64,000 nucleotides of DNA, taken from the NCBI GenBank assembly GCA_030141605.1, contig JAQGDQ010002367.1, positions 1 to 64,000 of the forward strand, written 5' to 3'. Positions within the stretch are counted from its first letter, which is position 1, and each line of letters starts with the position of its first letter. This document shows, piece after piece, positions 1 to 15,000 of this stretch. Both the position numbers and the translations under genes were made by a program. Source of the DNA: Tubiluchus corallicola. Its lineage: Eukaryota > Animalia > Priapulida. Below the pieces are notes generated by a model. That model was given only the letters and a program-made list of their open reading frames with translations. It was not told where the DNA came from and did not search any database.

Positions 1-3000
1 GCAGAAGACTTCTACAGGCAATGCCAAGCATCTTAACAGAGACACCCACACAGATAGCCTCAATCAGCTTGTAACAAGACATGCATAGCCAGACTGAAGC
101 GTTTGGTTCTAAGGCTTGGAAAACAAATAAAAACATCTAATCAGAACTCATCTAAAGCAATCTCAAACATCTGGACAGAAAACATATCCTGCTAATCTCA
201 AGTATATGGCAAAAGACTTCTACAGGCAATACTAAGCACCTTAACAGAGACATACACAGACAGCCTCAATCAGCTTCTCAAAGGACATATATGAACAAAC
301 GTAAGCATCTGGTAATAGCAGCTTTATTCTCACTCTCGTGTACCTGATCAGGAGAAATCTGCAGAAATGCACTGCCGATCTCAAGTATCCCGGCAAAAGA
401 CTTCTACAGGCAAAGTCAAGCGTCTTAACAGAGACACACACACAGATAGCCTCAATTAGCTTGTCACAAGACATGCATAGCCAAACTTGAGCGTCTGGTT
501 CTAAAGCTTGGAAAACGATTTAAAACATCTGGTCAGAACTCATCTAGAGCAGTCCCAATCATCTGAACAGAAGAAATGTACAGCTAATTTCAGGTATATG
601 GCAGAAGACTTCTACAGGCAATGCCAAGCATCTTAACAGAGACACCCACACAGATAGCCTCAATTAGCTTGTCACAAGACATGCATAGCCAAACTTGAGC
701 GTCTGGTTCTAAAGCTTGGAAAACGATTTAAAACATCTAATCAGAACTCATCTAAGCAATCTCAAACATCTGGACAGAAAACATATCCTGCTAATCTCAA
801 GTATATGACAAAATACTTCTACAGGCAATACTAAGCACCTTAACAGAGACATACACAGACAGCCTCAATCAGCTTCTCAAAGGACATATATGAACAAACG
901 TAAGCATCTGGTAATAGCAGCTCTATTCTCACTCTCGTGTACCTGATCAGGAGAAATCTGCAGAAATGCACTGCCGATCTCAAGTATCCCGGCAAAAGAC
1001 TTCTACAGGCAAAGTCAAGCGTCTTAACAGAGACACACACACAGAGATAGCCGCAATTAGCTTGTCACAAGACATGCATAGCCAAACTTGAGCGTCTGGT
1101 TCTAAAGCTTGGAAAACGATTTAAAACATCTGGTCAGAACTCATCTAGAGCAGTCCCAATCATCTGAACAGAAGAAATGTACAGCTAATTTCAAGTATAT
1201 AACAGAAGACTTCTACAAACAATGCCAAGCATCTTAACAGAGACACACATACACACAGATAGCCTCAACTAGCTTGTAACAAGACATGCATAGCCAGACT
1301 GAAGCTTTTGGTTCTAAAGCTTTGAAAACGATTTAAAACATCTAGTCTGAACTCATCTAGAGCAGTCCCAATCATCTGAACAGAAGAAATGTACTGCTAA
1401 TTTCAGGTATATGGCAGAAGACTTCTACAGGCAATGCCAAGCATCTTAACAGAGACACCCACACAGATAGCCTCAATCAGCTTGTAACAAGACATGCATA
1501 GCCAGACTGAAGCGTTTGGTTCTAAGGCTTGGAAAACAAATAAAAACATCTAATCAGAACTCATCTAAGCAATCTCAAACATCTGGACAGAAAACATATT
1601 CTGCTAATTTCAAGTATATGGCAAAACACTTCTACAGGCAATACTAAGCACCTTAACAGAGACATACACAGACAGCCTCAATCAGCTTCTCAGAGAACAT
1701 ATATGAACAAACGTAAGCATCTGGTAATAGCAGCTTTATTCTCACTCTCGTGTACCTGATCAGGAGAAATCTGCAGAAATGCACTGCCGATCTCAAGTAT
1801 CCCGGCAAAAGACTTCTACAGGCAAAGTCAAGCGTCTTAACAGAGACACACACACACAGATAGCCTCAATTAGCTTGTCACAAGACATGCATAGCCAAAC
1901 TTAAGCGTCTGGTTCTAAAGCTTGGAAAACAAATAAAAACATCTAATCAGAACTCATCTAAAGCAATCTCAAACATCTGGACAGAAAACATATCCTGCTA
2001 ATCTCAAGTATATGGCAAAAGACTTCTACAGGCAATACTAAGCACCTTAACAGAGACATACACAGACAGCCTCAATCAGCTTCTCAGAGAACATATATGA
2101 ACAAACGTAAGCATCTGGTAATAGCAGCTTTATTCTCACTCTCGTGTACCTGATATGGAGAAATCTGCAGAAATGCACTGCCGATCTCAAGTATCCCGGC
2201 AAAAGACTTCTACAGGCAATACTAAGCGTCTTTACAGAGACATACACAGACAATCAGCTTCTCAGAGGACATATATGACCAAACGTAAGCATCTGGTTCT
2301 AAAGCTTGGAAAACGATTTAAAACATCTAGTCAGAACTCATCTAGAGCAGTCCCAATCATCTGAACAAAAGAAATGTACTGCTAATTTCAGGTATATAGC
2401 AGAAGACTTCTACAAGCAATGCCAAGCATCTTAACAGAGACACACACATACAGATAACCTCAACTAGCTTGTCACAAGACATGCATAGCCAGACTGAAAC
2501 GTTTGGTTCTAAAGCTTGGAAAACAAATAAAAACATCTAATCAGAACTCATCTAAAGCAATCTCAAACATCTGGACAGAAAACATATCCTGCTAATCTCA
2601 AGTATGTGGCAAAAGACTTCTACAGGCAATACTGAGCGTCTTAACAGAGACATACACAGATATCCTCAATCAGCTTCTCAGAGGACATATCTGGACAGAA
2701 AACATATCCTGCTAATCTCAAGTATATGACAAAAGACTTCTACAGGCAATACTAAGCACCTTAACAGAGACATACACAGACAGCCTCAATCAGCTTCTCA
2801 AAGGACATATATGAACAAACGTAAGCATCTGGTAATAGCAGCTCTATTCTCACTCTCGTGTACATGATCAGGAGAAATCTGCAGAAATGCACTGCCGATC
2901 TCAAGTATCCCGGCAAAAGACTTCTGCAGGCAAAGTCAAGCATCTTAACAGGGGCACACACACAGAGATAGCCGCAATTAGCTTGTCACAAGACATGCAT

Positions 3001-6000
3001 AGCCAAACTTGAGCGTCTGGTTCTAAAGCTTGGAAAACGATTTAAAACATCTGGTCAGAACTCATCTAGAGCAGTCCCAATCATCTGAACAGAAGAAATG
3101 TACAGCTAATTTCAAGTATATAACAGAAGACTTCTACAAACAATGCCAAGCATCTTAACAGAGACACACATACACACAGATAGCCTCAACTAGCTTGTAA
3201 CAAGACATGCATAGCCAGACTGAAGCGTTTGGTTCTAAAGCTTTGAAAACGATTTAAAACATCTAGTCTGAACTCATCTAGAGCAGTCCCAATCATCTGA
3301 ACAGAAGAAATGTACTGCTAATTTCAGGTATATGGCAGAAGACTTCTACAGGCAATGCCAAGCATCTTAACAGAGACACCCACACAGATAGCCTCAATCA
3401 GCTTGTAACAAGACATGCATAGCCAGACTGAAGCGTTTGGTTCTAAGGCTTGGAAAACAAATAAAAACATCTAATCAGAACTCATCTAAGCAATCTCAAA
3501 CATCTGGACAGAAAACATATTCCGCTAATTTCAAGTATATGGCAAAACACTTCTACAGGCAATACTAAGCACCTTAACAGAGACATACACAGACAGCCTC
3601 AATCAGCTTCTCAGAGGACATATATGAACAAACGTAAGCATCTGGTAATAGCAGCTTTATTCTCACTCTCGTGTACCTGATCAGGAGAAATCTGCAGAAA
3701 TGCACTGCCGATCTCAAGTATCCCGGCAAAAGACTTCTACAGGCAAAGTCAAGCGTCTTAACAGAGACACACACACAGATAGCCTCAATTAGCTTGTCAC
3801 AAGACATGCATAGCCAAACTTGAGCGTCTGGTTCTAAAGCTTGGAAAACGGTTTAAAACATCTAGTCAGAACTCATCTAGAGCAGTCCCAATCATCTGAA
3901 CAGAAGAAATGTACTGCTAATTTCAGGTATATGGCAGAAGACTTCTACAGGCAATGCCAAGCATCTTAACAGAGACACCCACACAGATAGCCGCAATTAG
4001 CTTGTCACAAGACATGCATAGCCAAACTTGAGCGTCTGGTTCTAAAGCTTGGAAAACGATTTAAAACATCTAATCAGAACTCATCTAAGCAATCTCAAAC
4101 ATCTGGACAGAAAACATATTCTGCTAATTTCAAGTATATGGCAAAAGACTTCTACAGGCAATACTAAGCACCTTAACAGAGACATACACAGACAGCCTCA
4201 ATCAGCTTCTCAGAGAACATATATGAACAAACGTAAGCATCTGGTAATAGCAGCTTTATTCTCACTCTCGTGTACCTGATATGGAGAAATCTGCAGAAAT
4301 GCACTGCCGATCTCAAGTATCCCGGCAAAAGACTTCTACAGGCAATACTAAGCGTCTTTACAGAGACATACACAGACAATCAGCTTCTCAGAGGACATAT
4401 ATGACCAAGCGTAAGCATCTGGTTCTAAAGCTTGGAAAACGATTTAAAACATCTAGTCAGAACTCATCTAGAGCAGTCCCAATCATCTGAACAAAAGAAA
4501 TGTACTGCTAATTTCAGGTATATAGCAGAAGACTTCTACAAGCAATGCCAAGCATCTTAACAGAGACATACACAGACAGCCTCAATCAGCTTCTCAGAGG
4601 ACATACATGAACAAACGTACGCATCTGGTAATAGCAGCTCTATTCTCACTCTCATGTAGGTACATGATCTGATCAGGAGAAATCTGCAGAAATGCACTGC
4701 CTGTCTCAAGTATCCCGGCAAAAGACTTCTACAGGCAAAGTCAAGCGTCTTAACAGACACACACACACAGATAGCCTCAATTAGCTTGTCACAAGACATG
4801 CATAGCCAAACTTGAGCGTCTGGTTCTAAAGCTTGGAAAACGATTTAAAACATCTAGTCAGAACTCAACTAAAGCAATTCCAAACATCTGGACAGAAAAC
4901 ATATACTGCTAATTTCAAGTACATGGCAGAAGACTTCTACAGGCAATGCCAAGCATCTTAACAGAGACACACACACAGATAGCCTCAATTAGCTTGATCC
5001 AAGACATGCATAGCCAAACTTAAGCGGCTGGTTCTAAGAGTTGCAAAACGAATTAAAGCATCTATCACAACTTATCTAAAGCAGTCTAAAACATCTAGAC
5101 AGAAAACATATACTGCTAATCTCAAGTATATGGCAGAAGATTTCTAAAGGCAATTCGGCAGAGACATACACAGATATCCTCAATCAGCTTCTCAGAGGAC
5201 ATATCTGGACAGAAAACATATCCTGCTAATCTCAAGTATATGACAAAATACTTCTACAGGCAATACTAAGCACCTTAACAGAGACATACACAGACAGCCT
5301 CAATCAGCTTCTCAGAGGACATATATGAACAAACGTAAACATCTGGTAATAGCAGTTCTATTCTCACTCTCATGTACCTGATCAGGAGAGATCTGCAGAA
5401 ATGCACTGCCGATTTCAAGTATCCCGGCAAAAGACTTCTACAAGCAAAGTCAAGCGTCTTAACAGAGACACACACACAGATAGCCTCAATTAGCTTGTCA
5501 CAAGGCATGCATAGCCAGACTGAAGCGTTTGGTTCTAAGGCTTGGAAAACAAATTAAAACATATAGTCAGAACTGACTTAAAGCAATGTCAAAAATCTGG
5601 ATACAAAAAATGTACTACCAGTCTCAAGTATCTGGCAAAAGACTGCTACAGGCAATACTAAGCGTCTTAACAGAGACATACGCAGACAGCCTCAATCAGC
5701 TTCTCAAAGGACATATATGACCAAACGTAAGCATCTGGTAATAGCAGCTCTATTCTCACTCTCGTGTACATGATCAGGAGAAATCTGCAGAAATGCACTG
5801 CCGATCTCAAGTATCCCGGCAAAAGACTTCTGCAGGCAAAGTCAAGCATCTTAACAGGGGCACACACACAGAGATAGCCGCAATTAGCTTGTCACAAGAC
5901 ATGCATAGCCAAACTTGAGCGTCTGGTTCTAAAGCTTGGAAAACGATTTAAAACATCTGGTCAGAACTCATCTAGAGCAGTCCCAATCATCTGAACAGAA

Positions 6001-9000
6001 GAAATGTACAGCTAATTTCAAGTATATAACAGAAGACTTCTACAAACAATGCCAAGCATCTTAACAGAGACACACATACACACAGATAGCCTCAACTAGC
6101 TTGTAACAAGACATGCATAGCCAGACTGAAGCGTTTGGTTCTAAAGCTTTGAAAACGATTTAAAACATCTAGTCTGAACTCATCTAGAGCAGTCCCAATC
6201 ATCTGAACAGAAGAAATGTACTGCTAATTTCAGGTATATGGCAGAAGACTTCTACAGGCAATGCCAAGCATCTTAACAGAGACACCCACACAGATAGCCT
6301 CAATCAGCTTGTAACAAGACATGCATAGCCAGACTGAAGCGTTTGGTTCTAAGGCTTGGAAAACAAATAAAAACATCTAATCAGAACTCATCTAAGCAAT
6401 CTCAAACATCTGGACAGAAAACATATTCCGCTAATTTCAAGTATATGGCAAAACACTTCTACAGGCAATACTAAGCACCTTAACAGAGACATACACAGAC
6501 AGCCTCAATCAGCTTCTCAGAGGACATATATGAACAAACGTAAGCATCTGGTAATAGCAGCTTTATTCTCACTCTCGTGTACCTGATCAGGAGAAATCTG
6601 CAGAAATGCACTGCCGATCTCAAGTATCCCGGCAAAAGACTTCTACAGGCAAAGTCAAGCGTCTTAACAGAGACACACACACAGATAGCCTCAATTAGCT
6701 TGTCACAAGACATGCATAGCCAAACTTGAGCGTCTGGTTCTAAAGCTTGGAAAACGGTTTAAAACATCTAGTCAGAACTCATCTAGAGCAGTCCCAATCA
6801 TCTGAACAGAAGAAATGTACTGCTAATTTCAGGTATATGGCAGAAGACTTCTACAGGCAATGCCAAGCATCTTAACAGAGACACCCACACAGATAGCCGC
6901 AATTAGCTTGTCACAAGACATGCATAGCCAAACTTGAGCGTCTGGTTCTAAAGCTTGGAAAACGATTTAAAACATCTAATCAGAACTCATCTAAGCAATC
7001 TCAAACATCTGGACAGAAAACATATTCTGCTAATTTCAAGTATATGGCAAAAGACTTCTACAGGCAATACTAAGCACCTTAACAGAGACATACACAGACA
7101 GCCTCAATCAGCTTCTCAGAGGACATATATGAACAAACGTAAGCATCTGGTAATAGCAGCTCTATTCTCACTCTCGTGTACATGATCAGGAGAAATCTGC
7201 AGAAATGCACTGCCGATCTCAAGTATCCCGGCAAAAGACTTCTGCAGGCAAAGTCAAGCATCTTAACAGGGGCACACACACAGAGATAGCCGCAATTAGC
7301 TTGTCACAAGACATGCATAGCCAAACTTGAGCGTCTGGTTCTAAAGCTTGGAAAACGATTTAAAACATCTGGTCAGAACTCATCTAGAGCAGTCCCAATC
7401 ATCTGAACAGAAGAAATGTACAGCTAATTTCAAGTATATAACAGAAGACTTCTACAAACAATGCCAAGCATCTTAACAGAGACACACATACACACAGATA
7501 GCCTCAACTAGCTTGTAACAAGACATGCATAGCCAGACTGAAGCGTTTGGTTCTAAAGCTTTGAAAACGATTTAAAACATCTAGTCTGAACTCATCTAGA
7601 GCAGTCCCAATCATCTGAACAGAAGAAATGTACTGCTAATTTCAGGTATATGGCAGAAGACTTCTACAGGCAATGCCAAGCATCTTAACAGAGACACCCA
7701 CACAGATAGCCTCAATCAGCTTGTAACAAGACATGCATAGCCAGACTGAAGCGTTTGGTTCTAAGGCTTGGAAAACAAATAAAAACATCTAATCAGAACT
7801 CATCTAAGCAATCTCAAACATCTGGACAGAAAACATATTCCGCTAATTTCAAGTATATGGCAAAACACTTCTACAGGCAATACTAAGCACCTTAACAGAG
7901 ACATACACAGACAGCCTCAATCAGCTTCTCAGAGGACATATATGAACAAACGTAAGCATCTGGTAATAGCAGCTTTATTCTCACTCTCGTGTACCTGATC
8001 AGGAGAAATCTGCAGAAATGCACTGCCGATCTCAAGTATCCCGGCAAAAGACTTCTACAGGCAAAGTCAAGCGTCTTAACAGAGACACACACACAGATAG
8101 CCTCAATTAGCTTGTCACAAGACATGCATAGCCAAACTTGAGCGTCTGGTTCTAAAGCTTGGAAAACGATTTAAAACATCTAGTCAGAACTCATCTAGAG
8201 CAGTCCCAATCATCTGAACAGAAGAAATGTACTGCTAATTTCAGGTATATGGCAGAAGACTTCTACAGGCAATGCCAAGCATCTTAACAGAGACACACAC
8301 ACAGATAGCCGCAATTAGCTTGTCACAAGACATGCATAGCCAAACTTGAGCGTCTGGTTCTAAAGCTTGGAAAACGATTTAAAACATCTAATCAGAACTC
8401 ATCTACTCAAACATCTGGACAGAAAACATATTCTGCTAATTTCAAGTATATGGCAAAAGACTTCTACAGGCAATACTAAGCACCTTAACAGAGACATACA
8501 CAGACAGCCTCAATCAGCTTCTCAGAGGACATATATGAACAAACGTAAGCATCTGGTAATAGCAGCTTTATTCTCACTCTCGTGTACCTGATATGGAGAA
8601 ATCTGCAGAAATGCACTGCCGATCTCAAGTATCCCGGCAAAAGACTTCTACAGGCAAAGTCTAAGCGTCTTAACAGAGACACACACACAGATAGCCTCAA
8701 TTAGCTTGTCACCAAGACATGCATAGCCAAACTTGAGCGTCTGGTTCTAAAGCTTGGAAAACGATTTAAAACATCTAGTCAGAACTCAACTAAAGCAATT
8801 CCAAACATCTGGACAGAAAACATATACTGCTAATCTCAAATATATGGCAGAAGACTTCTACAGGCAATGCCAAGCATCTTAACAGAGACACACACACACA
8901 GATAGCCGCAATTAGCTTGTCACCAGGCATGCATAGCCAGACTGAAGCGTTTGGTTCTAAGGCTTGGAAAACAAATTAAAACGTATAGTCAGAACTGACT

Positions 9001-12000
9001 TAAAGCAATGTCAAAAATCTGGATACAAAAAATGTACTACCAGTCTCAAGTATATGGCAAAAGACTTCTACAGGCAATACTAAGCGCCTTAATAGAGACA
9101 TACACAGACAGCCTCAATCAGCTTCTCAGAGGACATACATGAACAAACGTAAACATCTGGTAATAGCAGTTCTATTCTCACTCTCATGTACCTGATCAGG
9201 AGAGATCTGCAGAAATGCACTGCCGATTTCAAGTATCCCGGCAAAAGACTTCTACAAGCAAAGTCAAGCGTCTTAACAGAGACACACACACAGATAGCCT
9301 CAATTAGCTTGTCACAAGGCATGCATAGCCAGACTGAAGCGTTTGGTTCTAAGGCTTGGAAAACAAATTAAAACATATAGTCAGAACTGACTTAAAGCAA
9401 TGTCAAAAATCTGGATACAAAAAATGTACTACCAGTCTCAAGTATCTGGCAAAAGACTGCTACAGGCAATACTAAGCGTCTTAACAGAGACATACGCAGA
9501 CAGCCTCAATCAGCTTCTCAAAGGACATATATGACCAAACGTAAGCATCTGGTAATAGCAGCTCTATTCTCACTCTCGTGTACATGATCAGGAGAAATCT
9601 GCAGAAATGCACTGCCGATCTCAAGTATCCCGGCAAAAGACTTCTGCAGGCAAAGTCAAGCATCTTAACAGGGGCACACACACAGAGATAGCCGCAATTA
9701 GCTTGTCACAAGACATGCATAGCCAAACTTGAGCGTCTGGTTCTAAAGCTTGGAAAACGATTTAAAACATCTGGTCAGAACTCATCTAGAGCAGTCCCAA
9801 TCATCTGAACAGAAGAAATGTACAGCTAATTTCAAGTATATAACAGAAGACTTCTACAAACAATGCCAAGCATCTTAACAGAGACACACATACACACAGA
9901 TAGCCTCAACTAGCTTGTAACAAGACATGCATAGCCAGACTGAAGCTTTTGGTTCTAAAGCTTTGAAAACGATTTAAAACATCTAGTCTGAACTCATCTA
10001 GAGCAGTCCCAATCATCTGAACAGAAGAAATGTACTGCTAATTTCAGGTATATGGCAGAAGACTTCTACAGGCAATGCCAAGCATCTTAACAGAGACACC
10101 CACACAGATAGCCTCAATCAGCTTGTAACAAGACATGCATAGCCAGACTGAAGCGTTTGGTTCTAAAGCTTGGAAAACAAATAAAAACATCTAATCAGAA
10201 CTCATCTAAGCAATCTCAAACATCTGGACAGAAAACATATTCCGCTAATTTCAAGTATATGGCAAAACACTTCTACAGGCAATACTAAGCACCTTAACAG
10301 AGACATACACAGACAGCCTCAATCAGCTTCTCAGAGGACATATATCAACAAACGTAAGCATCTGGTAATAGCAGCTTTATTCTCACTCTCGTGTACCTGA
10401 TCAGGAGAAATCTGCAGAAATGCACTGCCGATCTCAAGTATCCCGGCAAAAGACTTCTACAGGCAAAGTCAAGCGTCTTAACAGAGACACACACACAGAT
10501 AGCCTCAATTAGCTTGTCACAAGACATGCATAGCCAAACTTGAGCGTCTGGTTCTAAAGCTTGGAAAACGGTTTAAAACATCTAGTCAGAACTCATCTAG
10601 AGCAGTCCCAATCATCTGAACAGAAGAAATGTACTGCTAATTTCAGGTATATGGCAGAAGACTTCTACAGGCAATGCCAAGCATCTTAACAGAGACACCC
10701 ACACAGATAGCCTCAATCAGCTTGTAACAAGACATGCATAGCCAGACTGAAGCGTTTGGTTCTAAAGCTTGGAAAACGATTTAAAACATCTAATCAGAAC
10801 TCATCTAAGCAATCTCAAACATCTGGACAGAAAACATATTCTGCTAATTTCAAGTATATGGCAAAAGACTTCTACAGGCAATGCTAAGCACCTTAACAGA
10901 GACATACACAGACAGCCTCAATCAGCTTCTCAGAGGACATATATGAACAAACGTAAGCATCTGGTAATAGCAGCTTTATTCTCACTCTCGTGTACCTGAT
11001 ATGGAGAAATCTGCAGAAATGCACTGCCGATCTCAAGTATCCCGGCAAAAGACTTCTACAGGCAATACTAAGCGTCTTTACAGAGACATACACACACAGA
11101 TAGCCTCAATTAGCTTGTCACAAGACATGCATAGCCAAACTTGAGCGTCTGGTTCTAAAGCTTGGAAAACGATTTAAAACATCTAGTCAGAACTCAACTA
11201 AAGCAATTCCAAACATCTGGACAGAAAACATATACTGCTAATCTCAAATATATGGCAGAAGACTTCTACAGGCAATGCCAAGCATCTTAACAGAGACACA
11301 CACACAGATAGCCGCAATTAGCTTGTCACCAGGCATGCATAGCCAGACTGAAGAAGCGTTTGGTTCTAAGGCTTGGAAAACAAATTAAAACATATAGTCA
11401 GAACTGACTTAAAGCAATGTCAAAAATCTGGATACAAAAAAGGTACTACCAGTCTCAAGTATATGGCAAAAGACTTCTACAGGCAATACTAAGCACCTTA
11501 ACAGAGACATACACAGACAGCCTCAATCAGCTTCTCAGAGGACATATATGAACAAACGTAAGCATCTGGTAATAGCAGCTTTATTCTCACTCTCGTGTAC
11601 CTGATCAGGAGAAATCTGCAGAAATGCACTGCCGATCTCAAGTATCCCGGCAAAAGACTTCTACAGGCAAAGTCAAGCGTCTTAACAGAGACACACACAC
11701 AGATAGCCTCAATTAGCTTGTCACAAGACATGCATAGCCAGACTGAAGCGTTTGGTTCTAAAGCTTTGAAAACGATTTAAAACATCTAGTCTGAACTCAT
11801 CTAGAGCAGTCCCAATCATCTGAACAGAAGAAATGTACTGCTAATTTCAGGTATATGGCAGAAGACTTCTACAGGCAATGCCAAGCATCTTAACAGAGAC
11901 ACCCACACAGATAGCCTCAATCAGCTTGTAACAAGACATGCATAGCCAGACTGAAGCGTTTGGTTCTAAGGCTTGGAAAACAAATAAAAACATCTAATCA

Positions 12001-15000
12001 GAACTCATCTAAGCAATCTCAAACATCTGGACAGAAAACATATTCCGCTAATTTCAAGTATATGGCAAAACACTTCTACAGGCAATACTAAGCACCTTAA
12101 CAGAGACATACACAGACAGCCTCAATCAGCTTCTCAGAGGACATATATGAACAAACGTAAGCATCTGGTAATAGCAGCTTTATTCTCACTCTCGTGTACC
12201 TGATCAGGAGAAATCTGCAGAAATGCACTGCCGATCTCAAGTATCCCGGCAAAAGACTTCTACAGGCAAAGTCAAGCGTCTTAACAGAGACACACACACA
12301 GATAGCCTCAATTAGCTTGTCACAAGACATGCATAGCCAAACTTGAGCGTCTGGTTCTAAAGCTTGGAAAACGGTTTAAAACATCTAGTCAGAACTCATC
12401 TAGAGCAGTCCCAATCATCTGAACAGAAGAAATGTACTGCTAATTTCAGGTATATGGCAGAAGACTTCTACAGGCAATGCCAAGCATCTTAACAGAGACA
12501 CCCACACAGATAGCCTCAATCAGCTTGTAACAAGACATGCATAGCCAGACTGAAGCGTTTGGTTCTAAGGCTTGGAAAACAAATAAAAACATCTAATCAG
12601 AACTCATCTAAGCAATCTCAAACATCTGGACAGAAAACATATTCTGCTAATTTCAAGTATATGGCAAAAGACTTCTACAGGCAATACTAAGCACCTTAAC
12701 AGAGACATACACAGACAGCCTCAATCAGCTTCTCAGAGAACATATATGAACAAACGTAAGCATCTGGTAATAGCAGCTTTATTCTCACTCTCGTGTACCT
12801 GATATGGAGAAATCTGCAGAAATGCACTGCCGATCTCAAGTATCCCGGCAAAAGACTTCTACAGGCAATACTAAGCGTCTTTACAGAGACATACACACAC
12901 AGATAGCCTCAATTAGCTTGTCACAAGACATGCATAGCCAAACTTGAGCGTCTGGTTCTAAAGCTTGGAAAACGATTTAAAACATCTAGTCAGAACTCAT
13001 CTAGAGCAGTCCCAATCATCTGAACAGAAGAAATGTACTGCTAATTTCAGGTATATGGCAGAAGACTTCTACAGGCAATGCCAAGCATCTTAACAGAGAC
13101 ACCCACACAGATAGCCTCAATCAGCTTGTAACAAGACATGCATAGCCAGACTGAAGCGTCTGGTTCTAAAGCTTGGAAAACGATTTAAAACATCTAATCA
13201 GAACTCATCTAAGCAATCTCAAACATCTGGACAGAAAACATATTCTGCTAATTTCAAGTATATGGCAAAAGACTTCTACAGGCAATACTAAGCACCTTAA
13301 CAGAGACATACACAGACAGCCTCAATCAGCTTCTCAGAGAACATATATGAACAAACGTAAGCATCTGGTAATAGCAGCTTTATTCTCACTCTCGTGTACC
13401 TGATATGGAGAAATCTGCAGAAATGCACTGCCGATCTCAAGTATCCCGGCAAAAGACTTCTACAGGCAATACTAAGCGTCTTTACAGAGACATACACACA
13501 CAGATAGCCTCAATTAGCTTGTCACAAGACATGCATAGCCAAACTTGAGCGTCTGGTTCTAAAGCTTGGAAAACGATTTAAAACATCTAGTCAGAACTCA
13601 ACTAAAGCAATTCCAAACATCTGGACAGAAAACATATACTGCTAATCTCAAATATATGGCAGAAGACTTCTACAGGCAATGCCAAGCATCTTAACAGAGA
13701 CACACACACAGATAGCCGCAATTAGCTTGTCACCAGGCATGCATAGCCAGACTGAAGAAGCGTTTGGTTCTAAGGCTTGGAAAACAAATTAAAACATATA
13801 GTCAGAACTGACTTAAAGCAATGTCAAAAATCTGGATACAAAAAAGGTACTACCAGTCTCAAGTATATGGCAAAAGACTTCTACAGGCAATACTAAGCGC
13901 CTTAATAGAGACATACACAGACAGCCTCAATCAGCTTGTCACAAGACATGCATAGCCAGACTGAAGAAGCGTTTGGTTCTAAAGCTTGGAAAACGGTTTA
14001 AAACATCTAGTCAGAACTCATCTAGAGCAGTCCCAATCATCTGAACAGAAGAAATGTACTGCTAATTTCAGGTATCTGGCAAAAGACTGCTACAGGCAAT
14101 GCTAAGCGTCTTAACAGAGACACACACACAGATAGCCTCAATTAGCTTGTCACAAGACATGCATAGCCAGACTGAAGCGTTTGGATCTAATGCTTGGAAA
14201 ACAAATAAAAACATCTAATCAGAACTCATCTAAGCAATCTCAAAAATCTGGACAGAAAACATATTCCGCTAATCTCAAGTATATGGCAAAAGACTTCTAC
14301 AGGCAAAGTCAAGCGTCTTAACAGAGACATACACAGATAGCCTCAATTAGCTTGTCACAAGACATGCATAGCCAAACTTGAGCGTCTGGTTCTAAAGCTT
14401 GGATAACGATTTAAAACATCTAGTCAGAACTCATCTAGAGCAGTCCCTGTCATCTGAACAGAAGAAATGTACTGTTAATTTCAAGTATATGGCAGGAGAC
14501 TTCTACCGTCAATGCTAAGCGTCTTAACAGAGACATACACAGGCACCCTCAATTAGCTCATACCAAGACATGCATAGCCAAACTTGAGCGTTTGGTTCTA
14601 AAGCTTGGAAAACGATTTAAAACATCTAGTCAGAACTCATCTAAAGCAATTCCAAACATCTGGACAGAAAACATATACTGCTAATCTCAAATATATGGCA
14701 GAAGACTTCTACAGGCAATGCCAAGCATCTTAACAGAGACACACACACACAGATAGCCGCAATTAGCTTGTCACCAGGCATGCATAGCCAGACTGAAGCG
14801 TTTGGTTCTAAGGCTTGGAAAACAAATTAAAACGTATAGTCAGAACTGACTTAAAGCAATGTCAAAAATCTGGATACAAAAAATGTACTACCAGTCTCAA
14901 GTATATGGCAAAAGACTTCTACAGGCAATACTAAGCGCCTTAATAGAGACATACACAGACAGCCTCAATCAGCTTCTCAGAGGACATACATGAACAAATG

